Below are positions 11,931-24,829 of a stretch of 64,000 nt of DNA, piece by piece (positions within the stretch are counted from its first letter, which is position 1; every line of letters starts with the position of its first letter). Origin of the DNA: Somniosus microcephalus (Eukaryota); the NCBI GenBank assembly GCA_052327205.1, contig CM126208.1, positions 207,576,001 to 207,640,000 of the forward strand, written 5' to 3'. The notes under the pieces were generated by a model. The model had not been told where the DNA came from and searched no databases. It saw nothing but the letters and a program-made list of their open reading frames with translations. Position numbers and translations under genes: made by a program.

Positions 11931-12714
11931 TGCTTTCTTTTTTGCATACTTTCTTTCCACTTCTGGTATATTGCTTGGTAGAACCCAGGGAGCCCACCAG
12001 AAACATTCAGAGGATCCAAAGCTGAAAGATGAGCTGGGATTGGTGTGTATCTATGTCCTGCCACACCAAACCTGTGCCTCATTTTGGCAGAAGGGGAAGA
12101 AGTAGGTAGCCCTGTATCTGAATACTCAAGTCTGCTATGCTACTGGATTGCTTGTTCTGCCGTGAGCAGCGGATAGGTTAGTTTCCTGTCCCCAATATCT
12201 TCCCGGTCTGGGAACTGGTTTTGTTATAACAATCATGGGTTCAGTGCTCAGAGCTCATTTGAATCTTTTTAGTAAAGTAAAAGTGATGCAAATTCTCAAA
12301 GTACTGCAGGGTTTAGAGAACAATTCAACAAATCCACACTAAATCTATTGTGAAGCTTCATGTGCAGCTTCTCCTACCTCGAGCTCTGTCCCCTTTTGCT
12401 GAAATGTAAAGGTTCCCTGTCTTCGTGGGATATCTCCATTTTCAGCCTTGTTTACTTTGCTTGTAAAGAGAAAAGTTAGAAGAGCTTTTCTTCATTTCCA
12501 TCATGATGTTACATGCAATTAGCACAATGAGGCATTTTGAGAATCTCAGTGTGTTGCATGTTCATAATCAAATGGAAAAAGGTTTGCAAAGCACTTTTAT
12601 GTAAATCGGGTCCCTTTCTCTTAAACCCAGATTTGCTCACTTTTTCCTGGATTGTGTATGGGAAATCTTATGACTTATCTATGGGTCCAATTTTTTGAAT
12701 TTTGTCAGGTTTTC

Positions 12715-13330
12715 AGCAGATCACAAGGGCCATTCGGGCCTTGTTTTTTATTGCTCTTTATTGTTGCACCCAGAAAGACTGTAAAGCCCCTCCCACCCCC
12801 ACCACCCAGCCGTTGCTGTATCCAATTGTTTCTTAAACTATTCCAGTCTTTTGCCTTCAATTACTTTATCTGGAATAAAGTCCATTCTATGTGGTAATCA
12901 CTCTTTCTTTATGTGAGGAAGAACTTTCTGATATCAGTTCTAAAGTTACCTCTTACTAGTTTGAACCCATGTCTCCTTGTCCTACCCCCACAGTTTAATT
13001 TAAGTAATATTCCACATTAATCTTTTCTATAATGTTTACCATTTTGTATACCTTTGTATCATCATGTCTCAGACACTTCCTTTCCAGGCTGAAAAACCAA
13101 AGTCTCTTCAGTCTATATCCTTATAATACAGACCTTTTACACTAGGGATCAGCCTTGTGCCATGGCTCATCTCTGCACTGCCTCAAACACTGAAATGTCT
13201 TCCTTCTTTCTCGGCGACGCAGTATTCAAGGTGTGGTCTGTACAGTTTGATCATAGCTTCATCTGTTTTGCCTACGTAGTTCAATATTCTGTTGGCTTTA
13301 TTGGTTGCTGCTCTGTATTAGTTGGACCTG
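12715..13330 (-). mobile_element. Old degenerate CR1 3' fragment (probably continues at ~14160-14550)
   Basis: Decayed CR1 3' UTR and RT C-terminal motifs on the minus strand. Confidence 0.55.
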
Positions 13331-13469
13331 GTGAGTGTCAAGTCCAAGACTTCTCAGTGGATGTCAGCTGCATCCTTTAACTATTTCAACACCATTCATG
13401 GAGTATATATTGCCAATTTTTCCTTCCGTTGTGCAGTACTTTACTTTTGTTTGCAGCAAATTTCATATG

Positions 13470-14160
13470 CCTTCCGACCACATAGCCACGCCATCACTAA
13501 GACCGCCTATTTCCAACTCCGTAACATCGCCCGTCACCGCCCTTGCCTCAGCTCATTTGCTGCTGAAACCCTCATCCATACCTATTTTACCTCTAGACTT
13601 GACTAGTCCAACGCACTCCTGGCCGGCCTCTTACGTTCTACCCTACGTAAACTTGAGGTCATCCAAAACTCAGCTACCCGTGTCCTAACTCGCACCAAGT
13701 CCCATTCATCCATCACCCCTGTGCTTACTGACCTACATTGGCTCCCGGTTAAGCAATGCCTCGATTTTTAAAATTCTCATCCTTGTTTTCAAATCCCTCC
13801 ATGGCCTCGCCCCGCCCCATTTCTGTAATCTCCTCCAGCCTCACAACCCTCTGATATCTGCGCTCCTACAATTCTGGCCTCTTGAGCATCCCTAATTATA
13901 ATCGCTCTGCAATCGGTGGCCATGCCTTCAGCTGCCAAGGCTCTAAACTCTGGAATTCTCTCGCTAAACCTCTCCTCATCGCTACCTCTCTTTCCTTCTT
14001 TTAGATGCTTCTTAAAACCTACCTCTTTGACCAAGCTCTGCCCTAATATCTTCTTAGGTGGCTCGTTGTCAAATTTTATTTTATAGCCCTCCTGAGAAGC
14101 ACATTGAGACGTTTTACTACGTTAAAGGTGCTATATAAATACAAGTTGTTGTTGTTGTTG
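13470..14160 (+). mobile_element. L2-clade LINE 3' fragment
   Basis: AITKTAYFQLRNIARHRPCLS..AETLIH..TSRLD; LHWLPV motif; tail aaggtgctatataaatacaag(TTG)n. Same family as 61120-61636. Confidence 0.85.
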
Positions 14161-15379
14161 CCATTGTTTAGCCCACTCTCATAATTTGTTTAACTCATTC
14201 TTTAACGGCTGGGCTGCCTCCTTCAATTCCATTGCCCTTCCTAGTTTGATATTGTCTGTAAACTTGACCAATTTGCGTTGAGATTATGATGTGAATTAGA
14301 AATAGTAGTGGTCTCAACACCAAACCCTGGAGCACCCCACCCCCAACTCCTCTAACCAGTACATGTTGTTTTCTACCGTTCAGCCACTTTCTTACCCGTT
14401 CCCAGTTTTACCCTGAATTCTAACTATTTTAGAATGTTATCAAATGTCTTTTGGAAGTTTAAGCATACAATATTGCAGGGTTTACTACAATCCACTCGGG
14501 TTGTCATTTCCCCAAATCAAGGACGTTGGTCAGGTAGGGCCTATCCCTTCTAAAGCCGAGATTGCTATCTACAGTTCTGTTTTGCTGTACTTTGTTGGTG
14601 TAGAATTAATATTATTGTTGTTTGTCCCTATATTTAAAGAAATAACCCTATTACTAGGTCTAACCTTGAGCGGAGACAACAATCACTGAAACTAGTATTA
14701 AGATTACTAAGCACTATATTTGATTGCCAGACAACAATAAGCAACAGATTTGGACAATACGCACAAATGAAATACAGTTCAGAACATGGCTTGACCAAAC
14801 CATTTTGTTCTGGAGGAGGGAGCCCTGGAATGGCCGTGATTCCTCCTCGTCTTGGTCTTCTGCTTCTCCTTCATGTTGCCACTCCTAGACAGTCGCCTCT
14901 CCTGACAATAGCACAGTTCGTTCGCCTTTTATACATTTTTCAGGCGAGCTTGATCCATACCGTTTTAAGGATATTTTCTTTGTCCATGTCTTTTGACTAC
15001 CATAAAAGGGGTCGTCTTCGCCTTATGGCAGTGCAGTGTTCAGAGTCACACTATTTGTGTTTTCTGGGTTTTTATCAGCAGATAGAAGTCTATGGTATGT
15101 GGTTATCTGAACAGGCTGAGTTGCCTTTCCATTAATAACATCTCCAAAGCTAAAAGTGACCAAGCTGACAAATTCCGAAAATTCCATATCTTACCATGGG
15201 TAACTACTTAAACAAAAAAGGCTTTGTTGCCTTAGAATGGAGTTTTTCGATCTGGTTCCATCATGGCCATAGCCTTTATCTGCTAGAAGATGAGACACAT
15301 CATCTGCTGCAACACAAAGTGCTCAACAACGCATTTGTTTAAAAAAAAAAATACGAATACATTTGTGGCAATGGAGGTG

Positions 15380-15810
15380 ATTGGCTTGATTGGCACCCCA
15401 TCCACCACCTTAAATATTAACTCCCTCAACCACCGGCGTACCGTGGCTGCAGTGTGTACCATCTACAAGATGCACTGCAGCAACTCGCCAAGGCTTCCTT
15501 CGGCAACACCTCCCAAACCCACGACCTCTACCACCTAGAAGGACAAGGGCAGCAGGCGCATGGGAACACCACCACCTCCAAGTTCCCCTCCAAGTCACAC
15601 ACTTGACTTAGAAGTATATTACCATTCCTTCATCGTCACTGGGTCAAAATCCTGGAACTCCCTCCCTAACAACACTGTTGGGAGTACCTTCACCACACGG
15701 ACTGCAGCGGTTCAAGAAGGCGGCTCACCACCACCTTCTCAAGGGCAATTAGGGATGGGCAATAAATACTGGCCTTGCCAGCGACCCCACATCCCACGAA
15801 CAAATAAAAA
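15380..15810 (+). mobile_element. LINE 3' end (CR1/L2-group family)
   Basis: RT C-terminal remnant SLNHRRTVAAVCTIYKMHC, WNSLP motif, A-rich end. The same sequence recurs at ~24700-24820. Confidence 0.7.
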
Positions 15811-15814
15811 GAGT

Positions 15815-18800
15815 AGACATAGGAACAGGAGTAGGCCATTCAGTCCCTCGAGCCTGTTCCGCCATTCAATGAGATCATGGCTGATCTGCGACCTAACTCC
15901 ATATACCTGCTGACATAAATCGTGCCATTCATGTAGAAATGACTTATGAAATATACTGGGCGGCCTGTTGATGGCGCTGTCCAGGGAGAGTATAAATACT
16001 CTGGCACAGGCCCAGCTTGCTCAGGGACATTTTGTAAACAGGAACTAGTGAAGGATAACTAGACTTCCATGTTGTGAAACAGTCGATTAAAGCCTTGTTT
16101 AATACTCTGACCAAGTGCCTAGTAGTTTTCTTACATCAATTTAATCGACTGTTTGCTGCTCCAAACTCTGAGTGGTTTTGGGAACAGATGGCTACGACTC
16201 AAACGGTAGAAGGGAACCAGAGGTAGTAATCAATCCATCATGGAGAAACTACTCTGACCCGCCCGTCTTGACATGGTCCCGAATTCACCTACAGCGACTA
16301 AGGTATGGAAACACTGGTATTGTACCTTCAGCAACTTCCTCAGGGCGTGTGGTGAGAATGTTCCCGTTAAGTTAGAGATACTTGCCAATTATGTTATCCC
16401 CTCATGTGTTTGACTATATCGAAGACTGTGTAGACAATGACTCCGCTATCCAAATACTACAGCAACTATATGTTAAGGCCCCAAACACAATTTTTGCTCG
16501 GCATCTACTGGCCACAACTCGATAACAACTTGACGAATTCCTTCAAAAGCTTTGCAGGCTCAGCAAGGATTGTAATCTCAAAGCTGTCTCAGCTGAGCAG
16601 TACCAGGAGGAGTTAATTCGTGATTCCTTTATTAACGGAATTGCGTCTCCTTTCATATGCCAGCGTCTGTTGGAGAATAAAACCCTCAAGTTACAAGCTG
16701 CCTATGACCAGGCATGTTCTTTGGACTCAGCAAAAAAAAAATGCAGATGCCTATCTTTTACCGCGTGCACGGACTGCTGCTATCACTTTTGGTGACTCCT
16801 CCAATGGGCCTCGGGCGGAAGCCCTCACTGATGACTACTCTATCCTAGCCGATGACGACCCTACCCTAGAAGCCCTCACTGATGACGACCCTGCCCTAGC
16901 GGCATCTTGGCAATCTGGAAGGAAGTGTTTCTTCTGTGGAGGTGCATTCCACTATAGGAAATTTTGTCCTGCTCGTAACGCAACCTGCAGTCATTGCAGT
17001 AAGAAAGGTCACTTTTCTAAGGTATGCCAGCCAAGAGCCCCTGTTAGTTTTGCAGCTGCTACCTATAAAACTGCTCCTCCCCCAAGAGCCACTACTAAGG
17101 TTACAGCTGCTATCTATAAAACTGCTCCTCCCCCAAGAGCCACTACTAAGGTTACAACTGTCAAGGGTAAAACTACTCCCATCACAGCTGTTTTTCCCCA
17201 AAGCGTGTCCCATGCAGCCACGAAAGTTTCGGTAAATGGACACATTTTGAGTGCACTAATCGACTCATGCAGCTCTGACAGCTTCATCAGTGAGCAGGCT
17301 GTCAGTAAGTTAAAACTGCATATTTACCCCTCGGACAGGGAAATTGCAATGGCTCTGACAACACTGACCACCAACTTTTCCGGCTTTTGTCTTGTCGACC
17401 TTATTCTCAATGGCCGCACTTATTCCTCCACCTGGCTCGGGGTGCTCAAAAACCTATGCAGTGATGTGCTCCTGGGACAGGATTTCCAGAAACAACACAA
17501 AAGATTCACTTTTGAGTTTGGAGGGTCAAAACCGGAGCTTACTATTTCCAAAGTACCGTTTTGTGCACTTCGACGGCTTCGCTCAATGAGCCCTCCTTGT
17601 TTGCCAATCTTTCCCCTCGATGTAAGCTAAGTCACTAAATCACAATGTTTCAGCCAAGATGATCTATCCTTTATCGAGGCAGAGATCTCTCACCTTCTAG
17701 CTGACGGTATCATTGAGCCATGTTCATCTTCCTGGCGGGCTCAAGTCGTTGTTAAAAATCCTCTAAAGCAACACAAGAAACGTCTTTGCATCGATTACTC
17801 GCAAACTATTAACCAGTATACCGACCTGGATGCCTACCCACTACCACGTATCGATGACATGGTCAATAACCTTGCCAACTACAAGGTATTTTCAACTTTT
17901 GATTTAAAGAGCGCATACCATCAAGTACTGTTAAAGGACTCTGACAAAAAGTATGTGGCCTTTGAGGCCAATGGTCGGCTTTACCAGTTTTGTCGCCTTC
18001 CATTTGGGGTCACCAATGGGGTGGCCGTCTTCCAACGGGCCTAGTCAAACAGGAGAACTTAACGGACACTTTTCCATATCTGGATAATATCACCATTGCT
18101 GGTCATGACCAGAAGGAACATGATGTCAACCTCCAGAAATTTCTTGACGTTCTCCGTCGTCGCAACTTAACCTTAAATGAGCCCAAATCTGTGAAATCAG
18201 TACCATCAGTCAACATCCTTGGCTACTGGGTGGGCAATGGTGTCATCAAACTGGATCCGGAGCGACTTTGTCCGCTTCAGGAGCTCCCTCCTCCTATGAA
18301 TCTCTGCTCTCTTCGTCGGGCCCTTGGCATGTTTGCCTATTATGCGAAGTGGATACCCCACTTTTCCAACAAGATCCAGCCCATGCTTCACGCGAAGTCA
18401 TTTCCGTTGAAGGCAATGGCTATTTCAGCTTTCGACCTCCTCAAGCAACAACTGGAAAAAGCCACGCATTGTTCCATCAATGAAAATCTCCCTTTCGTGC
18501 TCGAGTGCGATGCATCGGATGTGGCGATCTCGGCTACCTTGAATCAAGGTGGTCGACCCGTAGCATTTCTGTCCAGAACTTTGCAGGGTAGCGAGCTCCA
18601 TTATCCTCCTGTCGAGAAGGAGACTACGGCTATCATTGAAGCAGTACATAAATGGAGTCATTGTCTCGCTCGTCGCCATTTCACGCTCCGTGGCCTTTAT
18701 GCTGGATAACTGGAAACGCACTAAGATCAAGAATAACAAAGTACAGCTGTGGAGGATGGAATTGGCCGCCTTTGGCTACACCATACATTATCGACCCGGC

Positions 18801-20780
18801 AAAGAGAATGTGGCCCTGGATACCCTCATGTGCATTCTGCTCTTCCATGTCAACTTCGACTCTTGCGGATCTTCATACTGACTTATGCCATCCTGGCGTT
18901 ACCCGTATGTTACACTTTGTGCGATCTAAAAATCTCCCATTTTCTACGGAAGATGTGAGAGGAACATGCTCCACTTGTAGAATTTGCGCGGAATTAAAAC
19001 CGCAATTCTTCTGTCCGTCGGATGGCTCACACGCTACACAGCCTATGCAGTGACTCAGCATTGACTTTAACTTTAAGGGGCCACTGCCTTCCTCAACGCG
19101 AAACACCTACTAACTTACTATGGTGGATGAATATTCACGCTTTCCCTTTGCTTTTCCTTGTCCCAATATGCTTACTTCCACAGTGATCAAATGCCTCGAT
19201 CAGGTCTTTTCCCTTTGCGGTATGGCCAATTTCATCCACTCTGATCGGGGTCCCTCTTTCATGTCAAGCGGACTCAAAAGTTATCTTTCCCAACGGGGAA
19301 TCGCCACAAGTAGAACGACACCATATCATCCTATTGGAAATGGACAGGTTGAGAGATACAACGCTATCATTTGGAACGCTGTTCGACTTGCACTGAGGTC
19401 ACACAACTTATCAGACCAGCAGTGGGAAACTATGGTCCCTGACGCATTGCATTCCATCAGGTCTCTTCTTTCTACATTCACCAACGCTACTCCTCACGAA
19501 CGATTCTTTGGGTTCCACCGTTGCTCCACTCATGGGACGTCCCTACCATCATGGTTGGCAGCTCCTGGCCCCGTGCTGCTCCGAAGATTCGTCCGATCCT
19601 CTTAAGAGTGATCCCCTCATCGACGAAGTGGAACTGATGGATGTTAATCCCACGTACGCATACGTGTGGTACCCTGATGGCCGGGAATCCGCAGTGTCAC
19701 TTCGGGATCTGGCTCCCTGCCCAACCGGTCCCACGGACCCAATCGATGGTGGGACCCATATCAATGACGCCGATACCCTGCGCTCCTCTGAGGATGACGC
19801 CCTGCCCGGGACGTCGAGGGATCTGCCAGCTATTCCGCCGGATTAACCCGGGGAACAGAGCGCTCCCCGCGGAATGGCCACCCGAAGCCAGGACGCCGGT
19901 CAGTCACCGACTACTGGGCAGGGTGAAGCTAGCTCTGCACCTGTGGGGACCCGCACCCGGAGCCATGATCTCCCCAGTCCCCCTCGGGTCGATCAAAGCG
20001 ATACGGACTCTGCCAGCCCGCTGGTATGAACTAAGCGACCCAGATACCAAAATATGGTCCGAGGAGACGTGCCTGCCGACCACCGACTGAGATCCAAACG
20101 ACTGCGTCTATTCTTAGTCCGACTAATTCTGTAGAAAGAAGCCGCCGGACTTCCAATCTTTCAGGCGGGAAGAATGACATAAATCGTGCCATTCATGTAG
20201 AAATAATTTATGAAATATACTGGGCGGCCTACTGGTGGCACTGTCCAGGGAGAGTATAAATACTCTGGCATGGGCCCAGCATGCTCAGGGACATTTTGTA
20301 AACAGGAACTAGTGAAGGATAACTAGACTTCCATGTTGTGAAACAGTCGATTAAAGCTTTGTTTAATACTCTGACCAAGTGCCTAGTAGTTTTCTTACGT
20401 CACCTGCCTTTGGCCCATACCCCTTAATAACTTTAGTTAACAAAAAGCTATCAATCTCAGATTTAAAATTAACAATTGATCTAGCATCAATTGCCGTGTG
20501 GGGAAGAGAATTCCAAACTTCTACCATCCTTTGTGTGTAGAAGTGTTTCCTCATTTCACTCCTGAAAGGTCTGGCTCTAATTTTTAGACTATGCCCCCTA
20601 GTCCTAGAATCCCCAACCAGTGGAAACAGTTTCTCTCTCTCTACCCTGTCTGTTCCCCTTAATATCTTGAAAACTTTGATCAACTCACCCCTTGCCCTTC
20701 TAAATTCCAGGAAATATAACCGTAGCTTGTGTCATCTCTCCTCGTAATTTAACCCCTGCCGTCCAGGTATCATTCTGGTG
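15815..20780 (-). mobile_element. CR1 3' fragment (15815-15910 plus 20403-20780) split by Gypsy B
   Basis: 3' UTR lies left of the LTR. ORF remnant FKILRGTDRV..WNSLP..KGYGPKAG lies right of the other LTR and rejoins across the CCTGC duplication. Confidence 0.88.
15911..20402 (+). mobile_element. Gypsy LTR retrotransposon B: full length, decayed (stops and frameshifts), TSD CCTGC
   Basis: 228-bp LTRs at 15911-16138 and 20175-20402 (TG..CA, ~11 differences by eye). CCTGC at 15906-15910 and 20403-20407. gag ATG 16240, CCHC, protease LIDSCS, RT YLDN, RNase H ECDASD, integrase HPG..C..C, VDEYSRF, HSDRG, GNGQVER. PPT aggcgggaagaa before the 3' LTR. Confidence 0.97.
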
Positions 20781-20934
20781 ACCTCACATGATGGTTGACA
20801 CTCACTCTTTAGTTCACACATGAAGCAATGCCATTCACGGGAGGTACTCGAAGGCACCAAGTGTCTGTGTTTGTCCCCCAGCACTAGCTAAAACTTTCAG
20901 GAGATTTGGTGGGAATGAACGAAACAAAGTTCTT

Positions 20935-21330
20935 ATTCTTGAGTTTAGAAGGTTGAGGGGTTCTAAGCATGGTCTTTAAAATGATAAATTGATTTGACAG
21001 GGTAGAAAGCAAGAAACTATTTTCTCTGGTGGGGAATCCAGAACTATGGGGCAAAACTTTAAAATTAGAGCCAGGCCATTTCAGAGTGAAATGAGGAAAG
21101 CCTTTTTACACACGAAGGATAATGGAAATCTGGAATTCTGCCCTAAAATGCTTTAGATGCTGAGTCAATTGTAATTTTGAAGACCAAGATCGATAGACTT
21201 TTCTAGGTAAGGGTTTCAAGGGACATGGAGCAAAGGTGGGTAAATGGAATTGAGGGATAGATCAGCCATGATCAAATTGAATGTGGCACAGGCTGGAGGG
21301 AATGAATGGTCTACCCCTGTTCCTATGTTT
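20935..21330 (+). mobile_element. Degenerate CR1 3' fragment
   Basis: gagtttagaaggttgagggg... through atcagccatgatc...cctatgtt 3' UTR. Confidence 0.75.
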
Positions 21331-22907
21331 TTTTAAAAATCCCTACTTATCGTGAGTAAAAGTAAAAATCAGACATGTCTTTTTGAACTTTACAGAAAGG
21401 TCACACTTTGAGGCAATCCCAGAGATCGATTAGAAAGAAAGCAGAATGCACTGCCTTCACCAGTTTTATGTTGAGATTTATCTTGTTTTACTACCTCCAT
21501 GATATTTCTTGCATGGAGAAAGGATATTTACCCGTAGCCTGTGACATTTCTGTTGCCATTATACGTTATTAAAGTCCACCCTGGGCAGGGAGCTGTCAGT
21601 AGTAGTTTTGACAGGCTAAATCTTGCTAACGGAGTATTTCCGAGTGTTGATTAAACACAAGTTCTGTGTGTTTGCTTTATGCTTTGTGACCATTTGTGTT
21701 CCATTTGACAGAGAGCAACATTACAGTAAAGGTTGCTGCCTTGGCAGTTTTTCTTCCCTTTTAATCCACTGTGAAATCTTCACTGACTCTCAATGAGAAT
21801 GAAGGGCTCCCAACTTAACTATTTTCTTTCTACCCTCTCCCCTACATGCTAGCTGAAATGAAGGGTGTACTTTTGAGGAAATAAAATTAAGAGCATAATT
21901 TTTTTTTAAATGTGTGGTCAGATTTGTTATCACAGTACAGCATTGTATGTGACCTTGTAAAGTAAGTTGTGGTAAGTACAGAATTATTTCTGAAATAGGG
22001 AGCATTGAATGTATTCTGGAAAATACATACGTGACTTGATTGCTGCTGGAATTTGTGACCCTCATTTCTGAGCAGGCTGAGGGTGATGAGATTGTGTTTA
22101 CAGATACTATAAATTCCTCATGTGACCAACTGTGCAAACTGGGGTTTATGCACCTTCATAGAAGGCTTTTGTGTCCTCTGATTAAAGGTGTAGCATTTGT
22201 ATGACTTTACTGAAAGAGTGACCATAAAATGAGGATCTGGCTTGGATGCCACATTTTGGGGGCTCTTCAAGATGATGGAGTTTCCCTGTTAGGAACAGAA
22301 TGTGCCCCTTTCTATTTTCGGATACTAAGCATTCCCAAGTCTGTTTTTTGAATCTCCACTGTAAATTTGATTGTGGGCCTGATTTTTCCTTTTAAAAAAT
22401 CTAGGCCTGGATATTGGATGCGCTATGCAGCTTCCTAAGTGATCAAAATGGTGGCCAGGAAGCGGGAGCACTCTTTCAACCCCCATCCCCCGAGCTCTGG
22501 CATCGACCACCTGAGGCCATCGCTTACCTCTGTGCTCAAACTTCCTTCACTTTGCTGATTGGGGCTCCCCCACAGCTCCGTATCTACGGGAATGAGTTCT
22601 GAGACTCCTGCTCCTCGCACCTCATCATTTATGCGCGGGGTAACTTCATTGTGCTGGTTTTGGATACCCTGAATTTCTAGCACCATGTGTTTGTCACATT
22701 CATGCTGCCTGCTAATCAACATGATTGAAGCGCTGAGCACAATTGTTGGTTGGCTGAGCGCTCAGCAAGGCGACCAATTTTGTGGGAAATGATTTCTATT
22801 TAAAGCTAGCCTGCAGTTTGAAACACAGTCTGCACTTCTTAAAGGGAAGGTGCTTTCTGAAATAAGCACCTCATTGTAATTGTTACAAAGGAAACTGTAA
22901 GGTAGCT

Positions 22908-24665
22908 ATGGCTCAACAGGGCAGAGAAAGGGCGCCTAGGTTCTCATAGATGCAGCACTGGAGGCTTTAGTGCAGAGGGTCGAAAGGAGGAGACTCTACC
23001 TGCAGGGGGCCAGGAAGCCCTTCAGACAGAGTGTAAGAAGGCAGTGGGAGCAGATTGCTGAAATGCCACCAGTCTTTCCCCCAGGACCTGGAGCCAGTGC
23101 TGAAAGAAGTTTAATGACCCCATACGAGTGGTCAAGGTCAGTGAATGCATCTTCAAATGTCATCCCACCAACTGCACTACTAGCCTCAGCCACTGCTCAA
23201 TGCACCACACCCCCATCAATCTCTCTCAATCACCATTCATACCTCACAATCATAGCTTCACCTCATCCTTACACACTTACCACTGTTGCAAGCCTCACAC
23301 CCACATCTCACACTTTGCACACATTGTCAGTTATTCAACCATGACAGGCACATCACCCAAACACATTGCACCACACTCACTGACACACTTCCCTTTCTCT
23401 TGCAGGCCAAGGTGGCACATAACCGGCGCCAGCAGCAGCTAACAAGTGGGGGGCAAGCACGGCTGCATATCCTGACCCATCTGGAGGCAACAGTGCTAGA
23501 CATCATTGGACGGGCTGTCACTGAGGCCGTGGTGATCGGCGAGGCTGAAAACATTGATGATGATGGCATGCTCATACCTAATCCTCCTTCTCACATCCCA
23601 CTTTCCCCTCATCCCACAATCTCTTCTCACAAGCTGCTGATGGTGTAAGCATGCACCTCTTCCTTGCCCCCACCCCCCCCCCTTCACCACAACCCTACCC
23701 ATGTGCCTTTCTCTTTTCAGATACCCAAGAACTCTGACAAGCACAGCCTGTGCAGGAATAACAAGAGGAGAGTGATAAAGAAGAAGCGACACCATCGCTC
23801 GATCTGACACTTGCAGGCACCAGCTCAGAAACTGGCACTGTGCGTACTTTAGAGGATAGGTTAGAGGCAGGATCTGCACATGGTGAGTTACCGGGCATGA
23901 GTGGCCTGCAGCCAGGCCAGGGGGAAAGGGTAGCGCGGGTGTCGGTTCCCCGCAGGGCAAGGTCGCACAGGAGTTCTGCTGCAGAGAACTCAGATGATGA
24001 CTTTGATGGGGCGGCCTTCACAAGAAGGATGATGGACATGCACACAGAAGTGTTTGGTGCATTGGCAGGCCTGCCAGAAAGCCTGTTGTCACGGTCGAGT
24101 AGCGTGCAGGTGTCCGGCTCCAACCTTGCATGGGGCTTTGCGCAGAGCTTGGAGCCCATGGTTTCCATGATGGAAATGATGGGCAACTCCATTAGCGCAC
24201 TCGTGAACCCAGCCATGATGCAGGGTCTGCTGGGCGATGTTTCAGCTTCTATTACAGCACAAGCGGAAGCCACCCAACATCAGTGGAAGCTCAGACTTCT
24301 GATATGCAGGCTCAGCTTGCTGCAACGCAGGTTCAGCCTTCTGCTATCGTTGTGTGGAAAGGGGTTTGCAGGGTGTCACAGCAGTCCAGGAATCTGTCCT
24401 TCAACAGATTACTAGGAATGCTGAGGCACCACCCCCGGGGGAGTGGCAATGGCTCTGTGGAGCACGACCCCGCTGTCCTCTCTCAGGATGACACCAGTCA
24501 TACTCCCACCACTGCCACTCTGCCAGTGCCTTGCTGTTGCCAGTCAACCAGCCAGCCCAGACTGCTGCCACCTATGCCGAGGTGGTGCAGTCTACAGCCA
24601 GGCCTTCTAGGCCCAGAGCTGCTCAGGGTCATCCTGCAAGGCCATCTGTAGTCTCCCCCACTGAA
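22908..24665 (+). pseudogene. Harbinger Myb/SANT-like DNA-binding protein gene, intron-containing and decayed
   Basis: MAQQGRERAPRFS..ALEALVQRVERRR..RRQWEQIA; probable introns ~23138-23405 and ~23567-23720 (pyrimidine-rich AG acceptors); second exon AKVAHNRRQQQLTSGG; low-complexity C-terminal exon. Confidence 0.7.
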
Positions 24666-24699
24666 AGTCAGCAGCCTTCCACCAGCCATGCTGCAGCCA

Positions 24700-24820
24700 G
24701 CCAGCCACACAAATCCGCAACCTCTACCACCTAGAAGGACAAGGGCAGCAGGCGCATGGGAACACCACCACCTCCAAGTTCCACTTCAAGTCATACACCA
24801 TCCTGATCTGGAACTATATT
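24700..24820 (+). mobile_element. Short LINE 3'-region fragment between the two Harbinger genes
   Basis: acctctaccacctagaaggacaagggcagcaggcgcatgggaacaccaccacctccaagttcc matches ~15523-15587. Confidence 0.75.
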
Positions 24821-24829
24821 GCAGTGGCT

